Source of the DNA: Candidatus Latescibacterota bacterium
GTDB lineage: Bacteria > Latescibacterota > UBA2968
NCBI GenBank assembly: GCA_965205975.1
Contig: OZ242195.1
Span: forward strand, 2,368,001 to 2,432,000
Length of the DNA stretch: 64,000 nucleotides
Direction: 5' to 3'
Shown: piece by piece, positions 59,011 to 64,000 of the stretch
Position numbering within the stretch: position 1 is the stretch's first letter
Layout of the letters: every line of letters starts with the position of its first letter
Notes under the pieces: generated by a model
What the model saw: the letters and a program-made list of their open reading frames with translations, nothing else
Databases searched by the model: none
What the model was told of the DNA's origin: nothing
Made by a program: the position numbers and the translations under genes

Positions 59011-60383
59011 ACGATCTCAAAATGGTCTCATTCGACGCTGGAACCCGGGTGCATTTTATCGGCATTGGCGGCATAAGCATGAGTGCGTTGGCCGAATTGC
59101 TCGCCACACGAGGATCCCTCATTTCGGGTTCTGACCGGCAAGATTCGCCGCTCATCCGGCGTTTGGAACAACTCGGTATTCCCGTGCGTATTGGACATGC
59201 GCGCGATGCCATTGCTGGAGCCGACTGCGTCGTTTATACATCGGCGACGGATTCTGAGAATCCCGAAAGAAAAGCCGCGCGGGAAAACGGCATCCCTCTG
59301 TTGCGCCGCGCTGAATTGCTCGGTCAACTTGTGAACCCACATCCCGCGATATGCGTGGCGGGTACACACGGCAAGACCACCACGACGGCAATGATCACGA
59401 CCATGCTCATCGCCGCAGGCCATGATCCAACAGCTCTTGTGGGGGGGATTATTTCCGGCTGGGAAACCGCGTTGCACATAGGCAATGGCGCGCTCTGGGT
59501 AGTAGAAGCCGACGAATACGATCGCTCTTTTTTGACATTAAAACCCAAAATTGCCGTGGTAACAGCACTGGAAGCCGACCACCTCGACTGCTATGAAGAT
59601 ATGAATGATATTCGCGCGACTTTTGAACAATTTGTCAATACCCTGCCCGACGATGGCTGCGCTGTGTTGTGTGCCGACTCCCCTGAGATACGCATGCTCA
59701 ATCTCGATGGGCCATATAAAAAAATAACCTATGGCTTGACAGGCGGCGATCTTCGCGCAACGAATATTGAACAAGACGGTTTTGGGGTGGCCTTTGACGT
59801 AGTTAAAAAAAATAAGCGGTTGGGGCGCACGCGCCTTCAAGTGCCAGGCAAACACAATGTGACCAATGCACTATCAGCACTTGGAGTTGGCGTGTATGTC
59901 GGCCTCAATTGGGAAGAAATTTGCAGTGGTATAGAAGCATTTCGAGGTGTTCATCGTCGGTTTGAAATACTCGGCAAAGCACAGGGTATCGCGGTGGTTG
60001 ATGATTACGCTCATCACCCCACAGAAATTGCCGCCACAATTCAGGCTGCGCGGGCGGGATGGTCTGGCCGCCTTGTGGTCGCTTTTCAACCGCATTTGTA
60101 CACCCGCACGCGAGATTTTGCGCCCGATTTTGCCCAGGTGCTACAACGCGCCGATCGCGTTTGGATCACCGATATTTATCCCGCGCGAGAAGAACCCATT
60201 GCGGGTGTTGATGGAAAGTGGCTTGCCAATCAGATTCCCGGCGCAAATTACGCACCTGCGTTAAATGATCTAAAATCGGCATTGTTAAACGACTTGCACG
60301 CTGACGACCTGCTCCTGGTTATGGGTGCTGGAAATATTGAAACAGTTGCCCGCGATATTTACCAAATCCTTAGAGAAATATAA
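59007..60383 (+). CDS. murC: UDP-N-acetylmuramate-L-alanine ligase
   Basis: HFIGIGGISMS, AGTHGKTTTT, EADEYD, DDYAHHPTE, FQPH. Confidence 0.95.
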   Translation: MNDLKMVSFDAGTRVHFIGIGGISMSALAELLATRGSLISGSDRQDSPLIRRLEQLGIPVRIGHARDAIAGADCVVYTSATDSENPERKAARENGIPLLRRAELLGQLVNPHPAICVAGTHGKTTTTAMITTMLIAAGHDPTALVGGIISGWETALHIGNGALWVVEADEYDRSFLTLKPKIAVVTALEADHLDCYEDMNDIRATFEQFVNTLPDDGCAVLCADSPEIRMLNLDGPYKKITYGLTGGDLRATNIEQDGFGVAFDVVKKNKRLGRTRLQVPGKHNVTNALSALGVGVYVGLNWEEICSGIEAFRGVHRRFEILGKAQGIAVVDDYAHHPTEIAATIQAARAGWSGRLVVAFQPHLYTRTRDFAPDFAQVLQRADRVWITDIYPAREEPIAGVDGKWLANQIPGANYAPALNDLKSALLNDLHADDLLLVMGAGNIETVARDIYQILREI

Positions 60384-60387
60384 GGCA

Positions 60388-61305
60388 ATGTACGATGCAC
60401 GACGCGATTTGCTCGCGCGAGAGATTCAAAGCCAATGCCGGGGCAAGCTCAAGCGCGATGAACCCCTCGCCAAACACACAACATTTGGGTTAGGCGGCGC
60501 AGCGGACCTCTTTTTTTCACCAGCCGATCTCGGTGACCTGGCCATTGCTGTCCCCCTGATCAAAGACGCCGGGCTTCCAATTTTTCCGCTGGGCGGAGGA
60601 ACCAATACGCTCGTGCGCGACAGCGGATTCCGCGGTCTGGTCATTTCACTTACAACGGGCGCGCGACGCATTGAGATTGGAGATGATGAAGGCGTCATAC
60701 AGGCGGGTGCAAGCACTCAGGTGGTATCTCGGCAATGCCAGCGGGTAGGCAAAACGGGATTGGAATTTGGATGCGGAATTCCCGGCACCATCGGCGGTGC
60801 AATATGGGGCAATGCCGGTGCCTGGGGCGGCGAAACGATGGATTGTGTAAACTGGTTGCGCGGTATTGATCTCAGAACGAGTCGAGAAATTTACCTTGAG
60901 CAATCAGACATCTCTTTTGGATATCGACACACTCACTTGCCCGATGATCTGCTCATTGTCGAAGCTGGATTTCGACTTGCAGAAGGCGATCCCAAAACCA
61001 TTGCCGCCGAGATGGATCGCATGCTGTCAGAGCGCAAGAGCACGCAACCGCTGTCAAACCGCAGTTCAGGGTGTATTTTTAAGAACCCACCAGGACATTC
61101 TGCGGGAGCACTCATCGACAGTGCCGGATGCAAAGGGATGGCGGTAGGGGCAGTGAAAGTGTCGGATGTACACGCCAATTTTATGGTCAACCTCGGCGGG
61201 CATTCCACCGAAGATGTGCTCGCGCTGATCGCACGGGTTCAAAAGCGCGTTTTTCAGGTTCACAAAATTGAATTGGAGACAGAAGTAGGAATATTAGGTG
61301 AATAA
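60388..61305 (+). CDS. murB: UDP-N-acetylenolpyruvoylglucosamine reductase
   Basis: HTTF..GG.A, GGGTN, GIPGTIGG...NAGA, FKNP, HANF. Confidence 0.95.
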   Translation: MYDARRDLLAREIQSQCRGKLKRDEPLAKHTTFGLGGAADLFFSPADLGDLAIAVPLIKDAGLPIFPLGGGTNTLVRDSGFRGLVISLTTGARRIEIGDDEGVIQAGASTQVVSRQCQRVGKTGLEFGCGIPGTIGGAIWGNAGAWGGETMDCVNWLRGIDLRTSREIYLEQSDISFGYRHTHLPDDLLIVEAGFRLAEGDPKTIAAEMDRMLSERKSTQPLSNRSSGCIFKNPPGHSAGALIDSAGCKGMAVGAVKVSDVHANFMVNLGGHSTEDVLALIARVQKRVFQVHKIELETEVGILGE

Positions 61306-62144
61306 TGAACTTTTCCCAGGAGGGTTTTATGTCGGGATATAAACCAATCTACATATCTCACAGGTCTAAAAATATACCGGACGCGGTGAACATGACCCTG
61401 GACACAACCCCTACACCGCAGAAGAGCCGGCGAAAGCTCGCGCGCTGGGTAATTGTTATGACGCTGATGAGCCTGCTGGTTGTGGGCATCCAAAATGCCT
61501 ATTCATCTCTGGCAGATTCAGATTTCTTCCTGATGACACATATCCGAGTCCACGGCAATTCCATGATGTCTGAAGCTGAGATCGTGACTCTTTCACAATT
61601 GCAGGTGGGCACAAATCTTTTTGCCTGTGATATAACATCTGCAACGGAACGCGTGACACAACACCCCGTGGTTAAAAAAGTGTTGCTACATAGAGAACCA
61701 CCGGCAACACTGGTCATTAGCATCGAGGAACGCCATCCTGTTGGGCTGTTGAACACGCACAACGGTTTGATGGGGCTGGATGAGTCCGGCAAAATTTTTC
61801 CCCTGCCACCTGCTGCGCAGGTGGATTTGCCCATTCTGACAGGTGTTGATTTGCAAAGGGATAAGGATAGCTCCTGGGCAATTGCTCTGGCGGAATTTGT
61901 GACGGAATTACAAATCCACACGCCGGCATTTTGGCGCGAAATATCAGAAATTTGCACAGACACTCCCCATTCTGCTACGGTTTATCTGGTGGCCGATGAT
62001 CTGGCCCTCAAAATGCGTTTTGAAAACCCCGAAAAGCAGATTCGGAATTTCCGGGCCTACACCCAGGCCTCATCTGGACTTGGCACAGATCTCGCGTATA
62101 TTGACCTGCGCTATCGGGATCAAGTAATCGTGGGAAGGCGGTAG
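61305..62144 (+). CDS. ftsQ: Cell division protein FtsQ/DivIB
   Basis: TM, POTRA (V.GN, P.TLVISIEER.P), YIDLRY. Confidence 0.9.
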   Translation: MNFSQEGFMSGYKPIYISHRSKNIPDAVNMTLDTTPTPQKSRRKLARWVIVMTLMSLLVVGIQNAYSSLADSDFFLMTHIRVHGNSMMSEAEIVTLSQLQVGTNLFACDITSATERVTQHPVVKKVLLHREPPATLVISIEERHPVGLLNTHNGLMGLDESGKIFPLPPAAQVDLPILTGVDLQRDKDSSWAIALAEFVTELQIHTPAFWREISEICTDTPHSATVYLVADDLALKMRFENPEKQIRNFRAYTQASSGLGTDLAYIDLRYRDQVIVGRR

Positions 62145-62172
62145 TAGTTCATTAGCGAAAGGGACCCACACG

Positions 62173-63393
62173 ATGGATCGGATTGTTGGACTCGATATTG
62201 GCTCCACTAAGATCTGTGTTGTTGTAGCTGAAGTAGATGATGATGGCACGCTCAAAATCACGGGATTGGGTAGTAGTCCCTCTCAGGGCCTCAAGCGCGG
62301 TGTGGTGATCAATGTGGAAAAGACCGTGCAATCTATCCGCACGGCTATAGAAGAAGCTCAGGAAATGTCGGGGACGCGCATCGGTGCTGTTTATGCGGGC
62401 ATTGCCGGCGATCATATTCGCAGCGTTAATACGCGGGCGGTTGTGGCCGTGTCGGGACCGGACAACGAGATTACGGCCAATGATGAAGAACGCGCAATTG
62501 AAGCAGCCAAAGCGGTTTCTATTCCCATGGATAGGGAAATTGTTCACGTGCTGCCGCAATCTTTTGTCGTTGACGATCAGCCCGGTATTAAAGATCCCAT
62601 TGGCATGTCGGGCGTGAGACTCGAAGTCGATGTACACATCGTAACCGGTGCTGTGACTTCAGCACAGAATATCTGCAAAAGTATCCGACGCGCAGGTGTA
62701 GAAGTGGTGGATCTGGTACTTGAACCCATTGCTTCAAGCTACGCGGTATTGACGCCTGACGAAGAGGAAATGGGCGTGGCATTGGTCGATGTAGGGGGTG
62801 GCACGACCGACCTCGCGGTGTTCTACGACGGTGCTATTCGCCATACAGCCGTTGTGGGATTGGGGGGAACAAATGTGACAAACGATATGGCTATTGGTTT
62901 GCGAACACCCTGGAAACAAGCCGAAGCCATGAAGCGAGAAAGCGGCTGTGCATTACAGTCACTGGTCAGGCCCAACGATATGGTCGATGTGCCGGGTGTT
63001 GCCGGACGACCTTCTCGCGAGGTCTCTCGGGCGAAAATGGCCGCGATTATTGAGGCGCGTATGGAAGAAATTTTTGGACATATAAATCAGGAGATTCGCC
63101 GCACCGAGTATGCCGATCTGCTTGGAGCGGGCATCGTGCTCACAGGTGGAGGTTCAATGCTCCAGGGTTGTGCTGAACTGGCCAAAGAAATTTTTGACTT
63201 GCCCGTGACTATTGGCAAACCCCGGGGGATAACAGGACGGGCCAATGCCGTGAGCGAACCGCTCTATGCCACCGCTGTTGGACTGGTGCAATTTGGTCTG
63301 TTTCACCAAAATCGCGATTTTATATCCGATGACGGCGTTTTTCGCAATTCAATTTTTGGTCGTATGAAAAACTGGGTTCAAAATTTTTTCTAA
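62173..63393 (+). CDS. ftsA: Cell division protein FtsA
   Basis: GLDIGSTK, P.GMSGVRLE, VDVGGGTTD, VLTGGG. Confidence 0.97.
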   Translation: MDRIVGLDIGSTKICVVVAEVDDDGTLKITGLGSSPSQGLKRGVVINVEKTVQSIRTAIEEAQEMSGTRIGAVYAGIAGDHIRSVNTRAVVAVSGPDNEITANDEERAIEAAKAVSIPMDREIVHVLPQSFVVDDQPGIKDPIGMSGVRLEVDVHIVTGAVTSAQNICKSIRRAGVEVVDLVLEPIASSYAVLTPDEEEMGVALVDVGGGTTDLAVFYDGAIRHTAVVGLGGTNVTNDMAIGLRTPWKQAEAMKRESGCALQSLVRPNDMVDVPGVAGRPSREVSRAKMAAIIEARMEEIFGHINQEIRRTEYADLLGAGIVLTGGGSMLQGCAELAKEIFDLPVTIGKPRGITGRANAVSEPLYATAVGLVQFGLFHQNRDFISDDGVFRNSIFGRMKNWVQNFF

Positions 63394-63513
63394 AAAGTTT
63401 CATCTTTACTAATGTTGTGCTCTGCGCCCAACCCCACACTCCCCCGATTGGGGGGTTGGACGAACTGTTAATAGCCTATCATTTTCTACCAGTTGTTCAA
63501 AGAGGGGGTTCTC

Positions 63514-64000
63514 ATGGTTACTTTTTCGATTGTTGACGCCGATAGCCAAGCCAAAATCCGAGTCGTAGGCGTCGGAGGGTCAGGTGGCAATGCAATCAAT
63601 CGCATGATTGAGTCGGGGTTGCAGGGCGTTGAGTTTATCGCCATCAACACCGACGAACAAGATCTCGAACTTTCACAGGCACCTCAGTGCATTCAAATTG
63701 GGCGCGATGCAACAAAAGGGTTGGGCGCAGGTGCCAATCCTGAAATTGGCGCAGAGGCCATTGAAGAAAATCGCGACGAGGTCGCCGAAGCATTGGCCAG
63801 TTCCGATATGGTTTTTGTAACTGCTGGCATGGGAGGCGGCACGGGCACGGGTGCAGCGCCCACCGTCGCCGAAATTGCTCGCGATGCAGGCGCGCTCACT
63901 GTGGGCATTGTGAGTCTGCCTTTTAGAATGGAAGGCATGCCGCGCATGCGCAATGCTCAAGCGGGTATTGATTCCTTGAAAAGAGCTGCGGATACGGTGA
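63514..64000 (+). CDS. ftsZ: Cell division protein FtsZ (partial, runs off the window)
   Basis: [39 protein letters not shown]; not in the ORF track because there is no stop. Confidence 0.97.
   Translation, partial: MVTFSIVDADSQAKIRVVGVGGSGGNAINRMIESGLQGVEFIAINTDEQDLELSQAPQCIQIGRDATKGLGAGANPEIGAEAIEENRDEVAEALASSDMVFVTAGMGGGTGTGAAPTVAEIARDAGALTVGIVSLPFRMEGMPRMRNAQAGIDSLKRAADTV

Overview
Bacterial chromosomal window of moderate GC, probably from an uncultured marine or sponge-associated FCB-group lineage such as Latescibacterota/Gemmatimonadota-like (inferred from gene content only). The left half (1-33 kb) is a catabolic region: four enolase-superfamily acid-sugar dehydratases, three Gfo/Idh/MocA oxidoreductases, two Ldh_2 dehydrogenases, two PhyH dioxygenases, a sulfatase, a C45 peptidase, a Tsx-like porin, dppABC and an M16B peptidase pair. 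Three small accessory islets interrupt it: (1) a DUF4258/DUF2283-like pair; (2) a solo HicB, a DNA methyltransferase and a convergent PD-(D/E)xK nuclease with a 1-bp frameshift; (3) a HEPN-like fragment, an HNH pair, a decayed dppB fragment and Phd-VapC, all between dppA and dppB. The right half is housekeeping: lysine riboswitch-dapA-dapB followed by a 635-aa transaldolase-fold protein with aldolase (FSA)-type residues; hrcA-grpE-dnaJ without dnaK; a secreted temptin-like/CxxCH/dockerin-like protein; glnA with an attenuator-like leader; uppS-cdsA-dxr-rseP; and a dcw cluster (mraZ to partial ftsZ) lacking mraY, murD, murG and ddl. No rRNA, tRNA, CRISPR array or transposase was seen. Family assignments come from motif recognition by eye, not database searches.
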